Shown piece by piece: positions 29,736 to 40,406 of a DNA stretch of 64,000 bases. Each line of letters opens with the position of its first letter. Position 1 is the first letter of the stretch. The stretch is from assembly GCA_963796285.1 (NCBI GenBank), contig CAWCKW010000012.1, positions 1,312,001 through 1,376,000 on the forward strand, in the 5' to 3' direction. Source of the stretch: Nitrospirota bacterium (GTDB lineage: Bacteria; Nitrospirota; UBA9217). A program made the position numbers and the translations under genes. The notes beneath the pieces are model-generated. The model did not search any database, was not told where the DNA came from, and saw only the letters and a program-made list of their open reading frames with translations.

Positions 29736-31616
29736 ATGAAGATTACATCGCTTGGTTTGACGACGGTGGCCATGCTGTGTGTATTTATTTTGTCGGATTG
29801 CGGAGGCGGCGGAGGCGGATCATCAGGAGGCAATACATCAACCGGCAAGGACTCCGTCGCAGCGGCAGTACAGAATACAGCGCCCGCAGACGTTTGTCCA
29901 AATGGCGGCATTACCGTACAGACGGGAATTGATACAAGCGGCAACGGCATCCTCGATCCGTCGGAAGTTCAGAACACGCAGTATGTCTGTAACGGGACAG
30001 GCGGCACGAACGGCCAAACGGCCCTGGTGTCCGTCACGAGCGAACCGAGCGGTACCAACTGCTCCGCCGGAGGCAAAAAGGTGAACGTGGGACTGGATAC
30101 GAATGGGAACGGTATTCTCGACGCATCAGAGGTAACATCCACGAATTACATCTGCAACGGTACGAATGGAGCGAACGGTCTCAATTCCCTGACAAGCATA
30201 GTGACCGAGCCTTCGGGGTCCAATTGCTCTTACGGCGGGTTGAAGATCACCTCGGGGCTTGATACCGACGGGAATGGGGCACTAGATCCCGGAGAGGTTA
30301 CCTCTACGAGCTATTCATGCAGCAGCGACTTCGCGCCGGTCATCGAAAGCATCACTATCTATCCCCAGCCGGTCCTGACCTCTGCGAACCTCCTGGCGAA
30401 CGTCTTTGACCAGAACGGAGACAGCCTTACCTACTCCTGGACCATTGGAGGGACCGGTATTGCAACAGGAGCGAGCGCGATCTGGAATTCACCGGGCATC
30501 CCGGGCTATTATCTTGTGGGTCTCGCGGTGAGCGACGGAACTTACACAATAAACGGAACGAGCGGTATCAGTGTTGGCAGCGCCAGCCCCTGGCCTAAAT
30601 TTCACCGGGATGTTCAATCAACCGGCATAAGCCCCGTAGATACAAGTGCTACTGCAGGCACGCTCAAGTGGAGCTATATGACTGGAAACGCTGTGTACTC
30701 CTCCCCTGCCATCGCCGCGGATGGAACCGTGTACGTGGGGTCGTATGATAATAGGCTCTATGCCATAAATCCCAACGGCACGCTCAAGTGGAGCTATACG
30801 ACAGGATTCTGTTTATTTTCCTCCCCTGCCATCGGCGCGGACGGGACCGTGTACGTGGGGTCGTTGGATAATAAGCTTTATGCCATAAACCCCAACGGCA
30901 CGCTCAAGTGGAGCTATGCAACAGGAAACTGTATTGTGTACTCCTCCCCTGCCATCGGCGCGGATGGAACCGTGTACATGGGGTCGGATAAGCTTTATGC
31001 CATAAACCCCAACGGCACGCTCAAGTGGAGCTATATAACAGGAGACAGTGTGTACTTATCCTCCCCTGCCATCGGCGCGGATGGAACCGTGTACGTGGGG
31101 TCGTTGGATAATAAGCTTTATGCCATAAACCCCAACGGCACGCTCAAGTGGAGCTATACGACAGGAAATGTTATTGTGTCATCTTCCCCTGCCATCGGCG
31201 CGGACGGGACCGTGTATGTGGGGTCGGATGATAATAAACTATATGCCATAAACCCCAATGGCACGCTCAACTGGAGCTATACGACAGGATTCGATGTGGA
31301 ATCCTCCCCTGCCATCGGCGCGGATGGAACTGTGTACGTGGGGTCGAATGATAGTAAGCTCTATGCCATAAATCCCAACGGCACGCTCAAGTGGAGCTAT
31401 ACGACAAGAAATATTGTGTCGTCCTCCCCTGCCATCGGCGCGGATGGAACCGTGTACGTGGGGTCGGATGATAATAAGCTCTATGCCATAAATCCCAACG
31501 GCACGCTCAAGTGGAGCTATACGACAGGATTCGCCGTGTCATCCTCCCCTGCCATCGGCGCGGATGGAACCGTGTACGTGGGGTCGAATGATAGTAAGCT
31601 CTATGCCATAAAATGA
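29736..31616 (+). CDS. Surface lipoprotein: 3 Cys/DxNGNG repeats, Ig/PKD-like domain, 8-blade PQQ-type beta-propeller
   Basis: Signal peptide ending ..LSDC plus a Gly linker; C..GG....G.D..GNG.LD..EV x3; WPKFHRD; GTLKWSY..SSPAIGADGTVYVGS.D.KLYAI x8. Confidence 0.85.
   Translation: MKITSLGLTTVAMLCVFILSDCGGGGGGSSGGNTSTGKDSVAAAVQNTAPADVCPNGGITVQTGIDTSGNGILDPSEVQNTQYVCNGTGGTNGQTALVSVTSEPSGTNCSAGGKKVNVGLDTNGNGILDASEVTSTNYICNGTNGANGLNSLTSIVTEPSGSNCSYGGLKITSGLDTDGNGALDPGEVTSTSYSCSSDFAPVIESITIYPQPVLTSANLLANVFDQNGDSLTYSWTIGGTGIATGASAIWNSPGIPGYYLVGLAVSDGTYTINGTSGISVGSASPWPKFHRDVQSTGISPVDTSATAGTLKWSYMTGNAVYSSPAIAADGTVYVGSYDNRLYAINPNGTLKWSYTTGFCLFSSPAIGADGTVYVGSLDNKLYAINPNGTLKWSYATGNCIVYSSPAIGADGTVYMGSDKLYAINPNGTLKWSYITGDSVYLSSPAIGADGTVYVGSLDNKLYAINPNGTLKWSYTTGNVIVSSSPAIGADGTVYVGSDDNKLYAINPNGTLNWSYTTGFDVESSPAIGADGTVYVGSNDSKLYAINPNGTLKWSYTTRNIVSSSPAIGADGTVYVGSDDNKLYAINPNGTLKWSYTTGFAVSSSPAIGADGTVYVGSNDSKLYAIK
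30657..31613 (+). repeat. Eight ~120-bp near-identical coding tandem repeats
   Basis: Units start at 30657, 30777, 30897, 31014, 31137, 31260, 31380 and 31500. Confidence 0.95.
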
Positions 31617-31633
31617 ACAAAGACGTTCTGGAT

Positions 31634-31656
31634 GAGGCGGGGGATGGCCCCGCCTC
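31634..31656 (+). terminator. GC-rich hairpin after the propeller gene
   Basis: GAGGCGGGG/CCCCGCCTC stem; weak U tract. Confidence 0.5.
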
Positions 31657-32254
31657 TTCGTATAGACATGGTGCTCAAAGAGTCACTTTTCGATGCTTGA
31701 CAAATATCAGTCTTAAATTGGAGCCTTGGACTGATAATCGCCCTCGGAATCTTTCGGGTACTATTACAATGCTGATAATGAGCAGCATTCTGAGTATTTC
31801 TCTACCGAAAATGAATTGATTAGTATTATTGATCGGTGGAATGTTTATAAGTACAAATTGCTTATGGGCTATGAAAACGACAAGGAATGAACATTGCCCG
31901 GACGTACCGCACGAAGTGAACTTACGATCCCGACGATTATAGGAGAACCTCGATAGCATGTTTCAACCGATATTTGATAATTATTTCGCTTTACCAAAGT
32001 AAACAGTAGTAGGTGAACATGATAAATACTGCCCTTCTATTCAATACAACACTTCCAGTTGATAGTTACAAAATACTCCTTCCCAAACGATTCGACACCC
32101 ATCCCAAGAACATCTGCAGATGTCTCCGGATATCGAACAGAAACACAACCATCGTATCGGGCAGTTCTTCTTAAGCTTGGCAAATAAGCCGCTTCAGAGT
32201 CCCATCCAGAGGCAGTCCAAGGCAAATATATTCCATTTAAAACCACATATTCTT

Positions 32255-32283
32255 TTGACAATCCAAAGGTATTGCATTATATT
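32255..32283 (+). promoter_or_regulatory. sigma70 promoter for mtnA
   Basis: TTGACA-17 nt-TATATT; AAGGAG RBS downstream. Confidence 0.6.
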
Positions 32284-32338
32284 TAATATCATATCACTCA
32301 CTCGCCGCAATACAATTAAACAATAAGGAGCTTCACCA

Positions 32339-33400
32339 ATGATCCCGACCGTTGAATGGAAGAACGGCATCGTCCGGATGCTGGACCAGACAAAACTGCC
32401 CCTTGAGACCGTGTACAACGACTGCAAGGACTACCAGACCGTGGCGCGCGGGATCAAGGAGCTCTGGGTGCGCGGCGCGCCGGCGATCGGGGTCTCGGCT
32501 GCCATGGGACTGGCTCTCGGTGCGCGTCAGATCACGGCGGGTTCATTCGAAGAATTCTGGCCGAAGTTTGAAGAGATCTGCTCATACATGGCGGCCACGC
32601 GCCCGACGGCAGTGAACCTTTTCTGGGCCATCGAGCGGGTAAAAAAATTCGTGCAGGCCAATAGAGATAAGGACCTTGACGCCCTTCGAGCGATGGTGGT
32701 AGAGGAATCACAGCGCATGCACGATGAGGACATCGCAACCAACATGCGGATGGGCGCCTACGGTTCCGTGTTCGTGTCCGACGACGACAATATCATCACG
32801 CACTGCAATGCCGGTTCGATCGCCACGGCGGGCTACGGGACAGCCGAAGGCGTTATGCGTTCGGCCGTGGCTCAAGGGAAAAAGATCCATGTCTACGTGG
32901 ACGAGACCCGACCGGTGCTCCAGGGCGCGCGCCTGACCGCGTGGGAGCTCATGCAGGAGAACATCCCCTGCACGTTGATCACGGACAATATGGCCGGTTA
33001 CTTCATGTACCGCGATATGATCGATCTGGCGATCGTGGGTGCGGACCGCATAGCCCGGAACGGCGACGTGGCGAACAAGATCGGCACCTACGGTCTCGCG
33101 GTCCTGTGCAAGGAGCATGGCATTCCCTTCTATGTGGCCGCGCCGCTCTCGACCATCGACTTTACCATGGAATCAGGCGTCCTGATCCCCATTGAAGAAC
33201 GCGACCCCCGCGAGGTCACCCATGTGTTCGGCAAGGTCCAGATTGCGCCCAATGGCGTCAAGGTGGCGAACCCGGCATTCGATGTAACGCCGGCCCGCTA
33301 CATCACGGCCATCATCACCGAAGTCGGCGCCTTCCATCCAAAGGACATCCACAAACTTGCCGATGGTAAGACCGATCCAGAAAAGCTAAGATTGACATAG
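32339..33400 (+). CDS. mtnA: S-methyl-5-thioribose-1-phosphate isomerase
   Basis: LDQTKLP, VRGAPAIG, TRPTAVNL, THCNAG, DETRP.LQGARLTAWEL, NPAFDVTP. Confidence 0.95.
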   Translation: MIPTVEWKNGIVRMLDQTKLPLETVYNDCKDYQTVARGIKELWVRGAPAIGVSAAMGLALGARQITAGSFEEFWPKFEEICSYMAATRPTAVNLFWAIERVKKFVQANRDKDLDALRAMVVEESQRMHDEDIATNMRMGAYGSVFVSDDDNIITHCNAGSIATAGYGTAEGVMRSAVAQGKKIHVYVDETRPVLQGARLTAWELMQENIPCTLITDNMAGYFMYRDMIDLAIVGADRIARNGDVANKIGTYGLAVLCKEHGIPFYVAAPLSTIDFTMESGVLIPIEERDPREVTHVFGKVQIAPNGVKVANPAFDVTPARYITAIITEVGAFHPKDIHKLADGKTDPEKLRLT

Positions 33401-33511
33401 CCTTTTACCTGTCGAACGATTGAAGCGTTAAGGATCATATCAGATTCTGAACCTTGAACAATGATGTTTGAACATTGTTCTTTAAACTCGCTGCACTCCA
33501 CGGAGGGCCGA

Positions 33512-34594
33512 ATGAAACAGACCGTTCTCCATCCGAAACATCTTCAGGCAAACGCCAAGATGATCGACTTCCAGGGCTGGCAGGTCCCGCTCCAGTTTTC
33601 CGATGTGCCGGCCGAATATCATGCCGTTCGCACAGCTGCCGGGTTGTTCGATATCGGCTACCTGGGCAGGATCGAGATCACCGGCATGGGCGCCTCGACG
33701 CTTCTTCAGAAAGTGCTCACCAGGAACATTGCGAAGATAACGATCGGTTCTGCTCACTATGGCCTTATCTGCAATGAATCAGGGTTCATTCTTGACGATA
33801 TTCTCATTCTGCACCTTGCCGTTAACCGCTTTCTACTCACCACGAACGCGGGCAGTACCGACAAGATACTCCTGTGGCTCAAAGAACATGCGGCCGATGA
33901 TGTACAGGTCACCGATAAAACACCGGCCATCGCGCAATTTGCACTACAGGGACCCCAGTCGTTCCATATCCTCGAAAAACTCACAACCCCGCACATGAAA
34001 AAAATGAACCCGAGAGCTGTGCGGGAAGTTGTCATGCAAGACGCCGTTGTCACGATATCGCGCACAGGCTACACCGGAGAACAGGGCTATGAGCTCTTCG
34101 TGCCCGCCGATCGAGCCGGGGTCCTCTGGGACACGATCATGACCGCAGGAAGCGATAGAGGTCTTCTTCCCTGTGGTTTTGCTTGCCGGGATATTCTGCG
34201 AATGGAAACGGGACATCTTCTGTATGGGAACGATCTTGATGAAACGCGCACCCCGCTCGAATCCGGGCTGGGATCGTTCGTTGATTTCAAAAAAGAGTTT
34301 ATTGGCAAAGAAGCCTTGCTCAAGCTCCAGGCCGAAGGTACGAAGCAGAAATTGGTCGGTTTTATACTCGTCGATAACGGTATTCCCAAGAGCGGCGGCA
34401 GCATCTTCTCGGAAAGCAGTGAGATCGGTGTCGTGACCAGCGGTGTTCAGTCGCCCTATCGCCGCACGGGCATCGGACTTGGCTATGTCGTGAGCCGCTA
34501 TGCCCAGGCGGGCCAGGAGATCGAGATCGAGGTCCGCGACAAGGAGATCGCGGCAAAGATCGTAGACCTGCCGTTTTACCGAAAGAAGTCATGA
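33512..34594 (+). CDS. gcvT: Glycine cleavage aminomethyltransferase T (GcvT family)
   Basis: F.GW..P, AVRTAAGLFDI, ALQGP, SRTGYTGE.GYE, RD.LR.E.G..LYG, LPFY. Confidence 0.85.
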   Translation: MKQTVLHPKHLQANAKMIDFQGWQVPLQFSDVPAEYHAVRTAAGLFDIGYLGRIEITGMGASTLLQKVLTRNIAKITIGSAHYGLICNESGFILDDILILHLAVNRFLLTTNAGSTDKILLWLKEHAADDVQVTDKTPAIAQFALQGPQSFHILEKLTTPHMKKMNPRAVREVVMQDAVVTISRTGYTGEQGYELFVPADRAGVLWDTIMTAGSDRGLLPCGFACRDILRMETGHLLYGNDLDETRTPLESGLGSFVDFKKEFIGKEALLKLQAEGTKQKLVGFILVDNGIPKSGGSIFSESSEIGVVTSGVQSPYRRTGIGLGYVVSRYAQAGQEIEIEVRDKEIAAKIVDLPFYRKKS

Positions 34595-34833
34595 TCGATT
34601 AAATCAGTGGGTAACAACAGCGTGATAAGCGACGACACTAGAGTGAACAGTTGTCGAGTTGAATAACGCGATCCATCCTCCACCCTGCCCGTTCCATCGT
34701 GATGTTTTATTGGATATTTTTTCTTCCGCCCAAATAGTTGACTGAAAGCTGCGCCTATGGTATTTTATATCAATGTTCATACCTCAACCAGTAAGGCATA
34801 CTGCTTATATTAATAGAGGAAGCGGGTCCGACC

Positions 34834-35505
34834 ATGAAAAAGGTGTTGTTAGCGAATGACCTGAAAAGCCTCATTATCGAGAAAAACAGCTTTCTTGATC
34901 GTGCGGACATTAAGGTATTGACAACTACTACGAACGCCGAGCTGCTGAAGATCCACAGACAGGAAGAGGTCGATCTCATTGTTACGCAACTGGACACACC
35001 GGGTATTAAGAGTGAGCTCATCTTCGATACTATCAGAAAAAGCGAAGAACTTCGGCAGGTATCCACCATCCTGATATGCAAGGACACGCTCACCCACCGT
35101 GAGCGTTGCAAACAGTGCCATCCCAATGCGGTTTTCACCATGCCTGTTGATACCGCATTACTGTACAGCAAAATGCAGCAACTCCTCAATGTTGCGCCGA
35201 GAAAATTCTACCGAAGCGCACTCGCTGTTGCCATACAAGGCAAATTCAAGGATAGGCCGCTGCCGTTTTTTACAGAAAATATCAGTTCAAGCGGAATGCT
35301 TATCCGTTCAGATGAGCCCCTTTCACAAGGTGACGGGGTCTTTTTCTCCTTCTTTCTTCCCAATGGCACACATGTTACAGGCTATGGCGAAATTACCAGG
35401 GTCGTTCCTCCGGCGACGTTGCATGATGTCCTTCTTTACGGGATCAAGTTCACGAACATCGATCCGGATGTTCAGTCGGCAATCGATGCAGTTATCAATA
35501 AATAA
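34834..35505 (+). CDS. Pseudo-receiver plus PilZ domain protein
   Basis: Receiver-like N-terminus lacking the phospho-Asp; PilZ RxxxR (RKFYR) and NxSxxG (NISSSG). Confidence 0.8.
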   Translation: MKKVLLANDLKSLIIEKNSFLDRADIKVLTTTTNAELLKIHRQEEVDLIVTQLDTPGIKSELIFDTIRKSEELRQVSTILICKDTLTHRERCKQCHPNAVFTMPVDTALLYSKMQQLLNVAPRKFYRSALAVAIQGKFKDRPLPFFTENISSSGMLIRSDEPLSQGDGVFFSFFLPNGTHVTGYGEITRVVPPATLHDVLLYGIKFTNIDPDVQSAIDAVINK

Positions 35506-35672
35506 CTCCAGGAAAGAGCCTCTCCTGCATCGCTCCACGGTGTCTTAATAATCATTGACAGAGTCAATATGGTAAGATATCCTTTTATTCGAGGATGCGA
35601 AAATATTTTCTCCATTTACAGGGGCTTCAATACGCAGGAGCGACGTTCCGATAACCCACAAAGGAGGAGTTT

Positions 35673-35942
35673 ATGAAACGAACATTCATCGCAGCAGCAA
35701 TGCTATCACTCGCATTCGCAGTGCCCGTATTCGCAGCCGATGGCGGTCAACCGCAACAATGGCAAACACCAAATTTCGAACAGAAACAGGCTGAGATCTT
35801 GAAAATGATCGATGCGCGGACCGCCAGCCTTCAAAATGATAGGGCCTGTGTGCAGGCTGCTAAGAAACTCGATGACCTCAAGGTCTGCAAGGATAACAGG
35901 GATAAAGCATTGGCGGAAATGGATAAAATGCGCTCGAAATGA
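35673..35942 (+). CDS. Small secreted helical protein with two Cys
   Basis: AAGGAGGAG RBS, signal peptide ..AVPVFA, CVQAA....L..C. Confidence 0.7.
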   Translation: MKRTFIAAAMLSLAFAVPVFAADGGQPQQWQTPNFEQKQAEILKMIDARTASLQNDRACVQAAKKLDDLKVCKDNRDKALAEMDKMRSK

Positions 35943-36279
35943 AGGGCGCGGTGCTGGTGTAGGCAAACTCCTCAATAGGGTTCGTTAGTCGATATCGTTT
36001 CTTGATTAGCGGGATGATCTGAGGATTGTCCCGCTATCTTATTGAAAAAGGTCCTCCGCGTATTTTTTTGTTCTGTTGGCTCCTGTGTTACCGGGATATA
36101 TTCAATAGAACAGATCTCGTTGCCTTATAAAGTAATGATGCCGGCCGGTTAAAGAGCTGTTGCGCGTCAGACCAAATTGTCTGAACCAACAACGTTCTGT
36201 TCGTGAAAAAATACGTATTTATTTCCTGCAACCTTTCTTCCTTCTTTGTCCCAGCCTGACTTTGTGGTAATATCATCTT

Positions 36280-38724
36280 ATGGAAACCAATAAAGCTGTT
36301 ATACCGGTCAAAGGCATGACCTGCGTGAACTGCGCTGCAGCGATCCAGAAGGACATTTCAAAGCTCGCAGGGGTACAAAGCGCGAATGTCAATTATGCCA
36401 ATGAAAAGGCGGTCATTGAATTCGATCCTGCTGTTGTCGGGCTTGAAAAGTTCATTTCCAGCATCCATGAATCAGGCTATCAGGCAATCACGGAAACGGT
36501 CTTCATCCCGATCATTGACCTGGATGTGTCGCGTTCGCAGGAACTGGAGCGCATCGCGGGAGCGATCGACGGCGTACTCAAGGCGATCGTGAATCCCGCC
36601 GCAGGGACCGCGGAAGTGGAATATATTCCCGGCCAGATCGGACTCCGCGATATCCGGAGGGCCATCGAAAAAGCAGGCTTCCGCGTGCCCAGTCAGATCG
36701 AAGGTCGGTCAGCGCTCGATATCGAAAAAGAAGCACGGGAACGGGAACTCTCTGAGATCCGGAACAAGCTCATCGTGAGCGCGGTCCTCTCCGGCCTCGT
36801 GATGATCGGCAGCTTTCAGGACATGCTCCCCTTCATCACCATCTTTCCGCGCCAGACCATGTGGTACATCCTCTTCCTGCTTGCCACTCCGGTCCAGTTC
36901 TGGGCTGGCCGTCACTTTTACCAGAACGCCTGGGCTTCGATCAAGCACGGCAGCACGAACATGAACACCCTCGTGGTCGTAGGGACCTCGGCAGCTTATG
37001 GCTACAGCGTGGTACTCACTTTTTTCCCTGCCGTCTTTGGCCCTCACGGTGCTCATGGCGGAGCGTACTATGACACGGCCACGATGATCATCACGCTGAT
37101 CCTGTTCGGGAAATATCTCGAGGCAAGGGCGAAATCCCGGGCGGGTGAGGCGATCAAAAAGCTCATGGGGCTCCAGCCGCGCACGGCCCGCGTGGTCCGC
37201 GGAGGCAAGGAGCTGGATATTCCGATCGAAGATGTCGAAGCCGGCGATCTCGTCACGGTACGGCCGGGAGAAAAGATCCCCGTAGACGGGGTGGTCCGGA
37301 ACGGGTATTCATCGATCGATGAAGCCATGCTGACCGGAGAGAGCCTGCCGGTGGAGAAGAAAACCGGGGACACGGTCATCGGCGCAACGATCAATAAGAC
37401 CGGAACCTTCACCTTCGAGGCGACCAAGGTCGGCAAGGACACCATGCTTTCCCAGATCATTCGCATGGTGCAGGAAGCCCAGGGCTCCAAGGCCCCGATC
37501 CAGCGCCTCGCGGACTACCATTTCAAGCATCTTCGTGCCCGCCGTCATCTCGATCGGCCTCGTGACCTTCTGCATCTGGTATTTCTTCGGGCCGGCGGAA
37601 ACGAGGTTCACCTTCGCTCTGGTGAACTTCATCGCCGTGCTGATCATCGCCTGTCCCTGCGCCATGGGGCTTGCGACGCCCACGGCCATCATGGTCGGCA
37701 CCGGCAAAGGTGCTGAACAAGGCATCCTGTTCAAGAACGCCGAGAGTCTTGAACGTGCGCAGAAGATCGATACCATCGTCCTCGATAAGACCGGCACGCT
37801 CACCCGCGGAGAGCCAACGGTCACCGACGTCATGCGGGACAGCATGAGCGAACAGGAAATACTCTTCCTTGCCGGATCAGCGGAAAAGGGCTCTGAACAC
37901 CCGCTCGGAGAGGCCATCGTGCGCAAGGCGCATTGAAAAAGGCATTGCCCTGGAACAGGCAGAGACATTTGAGGCGCTTCCCGGACATGGCATCCGGGCA
38001 GTGGTGAAAGGAAAAGAGATCATCCTCGGCAACGAACGGCTCATGGCCGATCGCAAGATCGATTTCAAGAGACCTGCTCGGGGAAGCGGAAAAGCTCTCA
38101 GCCCACGGCAAAACACCCATGTTCGTGGCTGTTGACGGCAAAGCAGCAGGGATCATTGCGGTCGCGGACACGGTCAAAGAACATTCAAAAGAAGCCGTGG
38201 CCGGGCTTAAAGCGCTGGGACTCGAGGTCGTAATGCTGACCGGCGACAACCGCCGCACGGCCCAGGCCATCGCCGACGAGCTCGGGATAACCCGGGTGCT
38301 GGCCGAGGTGCTGCCGCAGGACAAGATGGACACGGTGAAAAATCTCCAGGCCGAGGGCCGCGTGGTCGCCATGGTCGGCGACGGGATCAATGATGCCCCT
38401 GCCCTCACCCAGGCGGATATCGGCATCGCCATCGGCACGGGCACGGACGTGGCCATCGAGGCGTCGGACGTCACGCTGATCAAGGACGATCTCCGCGTGG
38501 TGGCCATTGCGATGAGGCTCTCGCGCAGGACCATGCAGACGATCAAAATGAACCTGTTCTGGGCGTTCTTCTACAACATCATCGGCATTCCGGTCGCTGC
38601 CGGCGTCCTGTACCCGTTCCTTGGCACCGCGGGACTGCTGAATCCCATGTATGCCTCGGCAGCCATGGCGTTCAGCTCCGTGAGCGTGGTGTCGAATTCG
38701 CTGAGATTGAGAAGGTTTTCATAA
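36280..38724 (+). CDS. copA: Cu+-translocating P1B-type ATPase (frameshifts near 37520, 37935, 38070)
   Basis: [41 protein letters not shown] and MAFSS. Confidence 0.9.
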
Positions 38725-38730
38725 AAGGCA

Positions 38731-38848
38731 GGCACAGAGACACAGAGGAAATCAACTTCAAATGTGCAATCACAAGCATCATATTTCTGATACGCTTCAA
38801 ACCCCGGATACAGAAGTTATGTTCTCCGTACCTCTGTGTCTCCGCGGC
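38731..38848. repeat. Palindromic element with CACAGAG tandem arms
   Basis: GGCACAGAGACACAGAGG ... CTCCGTACCTCTGTGTCTCCGCGG. Confidence 0.65.
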
Positions 38849-38859
38849 AAACTCAAACC

Positions 38860-39309
38860 ATGAAATTTATCGCCGATGTAATGCTGGGCAGGCTTGCGAA
38901 GCGGATGCGGCTCCTGGGGATCGATGTTCTGTACGACCGGACGCTGGATGACAACGAGATCATCCGCCTGTCACTCGAACAGGACCGCGTGATCCTGACG
39001 CGGGACAAGGCCCTCAATGATCGGCCCCTGGCTGCAAACCATCTGTTCATTAAAAGCGACCTCGTACAGCAACAGGTCGAACAGGTCCTCTCCAACTTCT
39101 CCCTTGAATCTCTCCTGAATCCCCTCTCCCGCTGTTCCGGGTGTAATGAGCCCCTCGATCGTATCACACGAGAGGATGCACGGGACCTTGTTCCGCAATA
39201 TGTTTACGAGAATAACTATCTATTCTTGCGCTGTCCCCAATGCAAAAGAACCTACTGGTACGGAACTCATGTGAGGAGAATGGTGTTACCGGAACGACGG
39301 ATCAAATAA
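38860..39309 (+). CDS. Mut7-C RNase (PIN-like, DUF82) protein
   Basis: KFIADVMLGRLAK.MRLLG.D, R.ILTRD, RC..CN, C..C..YW.GTH. Confidence 0.88.
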   Translation: MKFIADVMLGRLAKRMRLLGIDVLYDRTLDDNEIIRLSLEQDRVILTRDKALNDRPLAANHLFIKSDLVQQQVEQVLSNFSLESLLNPLSRCSGCNEPLDRITREDARDLVPQYVYENNYLFLRCPQCKRTYWYGTHVRRMVLPERRIK

Positions 39310-39516
39310 AATAATCGTTCAAAATTTACCAGATCGGAGATGCAGAAAGTTAAAGGGGGTTTAATGAAAAAGCGTGACGCTGGAACAGGCAGACGATCAA
39401 CAGGATAACGAATGGACAGCTTTATTACAACTTACCCGCGGCATATTCCGCAAGTCATGTTATCAACACAAACTATAAGTCAAATTAGTAATATTCCGAT
39501 GCGGGTGACAGTTGGT

Positions 39517-40401
39517 TCACGGCGCCGGCGGGCCAAACAGCGGTGCTTTTTGCGACTTTGTGGTTGTTGCAGTCTGCTGCGGTCCGTGCAATTCCTGAGG
39601 CTGCATCTGCTGCGGTTGATCGGCGGGTGGGACCTTTTTCCGTGGCAATTTTTTCTCCGGCTGGATATTTCTGTTCACAATACCCGATGAGACAATGGTC
39701 AAGTCCCTGACCACCGCGTTGCCGGGTTCATTCACCGTCAGTTCCTGACCGTTGAGCATCAGCTTGAGTGCCTTGGCGCTGCCATAGCTCAGCAGGAACC
39801 GCGTCGTCAGCGCTCCAAATGAGACTTTCGTCTTTTTTCAGCAAAGCTTTCTTCTGCGGGCTATCATCGGTCCTCACCAGGAGCCAGGTATCCTCCAGGG
39901 CTACTACCTCAAGGTAAAGCTTGTCCGTTTGCGGACGCGGGAGGGAGCCGTACTTGTTTGACCCGTGGAAAGCGGAGACACAGCCTTTCCTTTTCCCTCT
40001 TGATGCCGCTCGGGCAGGGCCGTGAACACAAAGAGAATGAGTGCGATCACGATCCCCGCTCCCCAAAGGAACGGCTCGATACCGGTTAACTTCGATGTTT
40101 TCTTCTCACTGACTCGCAGCCGCCGGCTCCTCTTCCACCATCGTGTCGGTGGGCAGCTGTAGACTTCTGGTTCCTCGATTCGCCATATCTCTTCATGACC
40201 TCAAATTCTTCAAGATGGAGAAACTTCCCATAGTTCTTGAGAAAGCCCTTTACGAAAACCTCACCGGGCAGTCTGAGAAAAATCCTCTTCTTCGAGTGCC
40301 TTGAGGTAATTAAAACTTATACGGGTCTGCTGCGCAGCGTCACGCAGATCGATGCCGCGTGCCTCCCGTGCACTGCGCAAGTACTGTCCTAACGTCCCCA
40401 T
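39517..40401 (-). CDS. rodZ: RodZ-like HTH/DUF4115 membrane protein (several frameshifts)
   Basis: TLGQYLR.ARE..G, TRI...YLKALEE, FVKGFLKNY, TM helix, ALEDTWL; follows pilF/tgl. Confidence 0.7.
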
Positions 40402-40406
40402 CAATG

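Noticed and set aside
30657-31613. 120-bp repeats as a CRISPR array or a complete DGR
   Set aside because: The repeats are in-frame coding units without unique spacers. No cas, reverse transcriptase or template repeat is in the window, and some variation is not adenine-specific.
36280-38724. copA programmed frameshift producing a CopZ chaperone, as in E. coli
   Set aside because: The breaks lie in the membrane and ATP-binding regions, not just after the first metal-binding domain.
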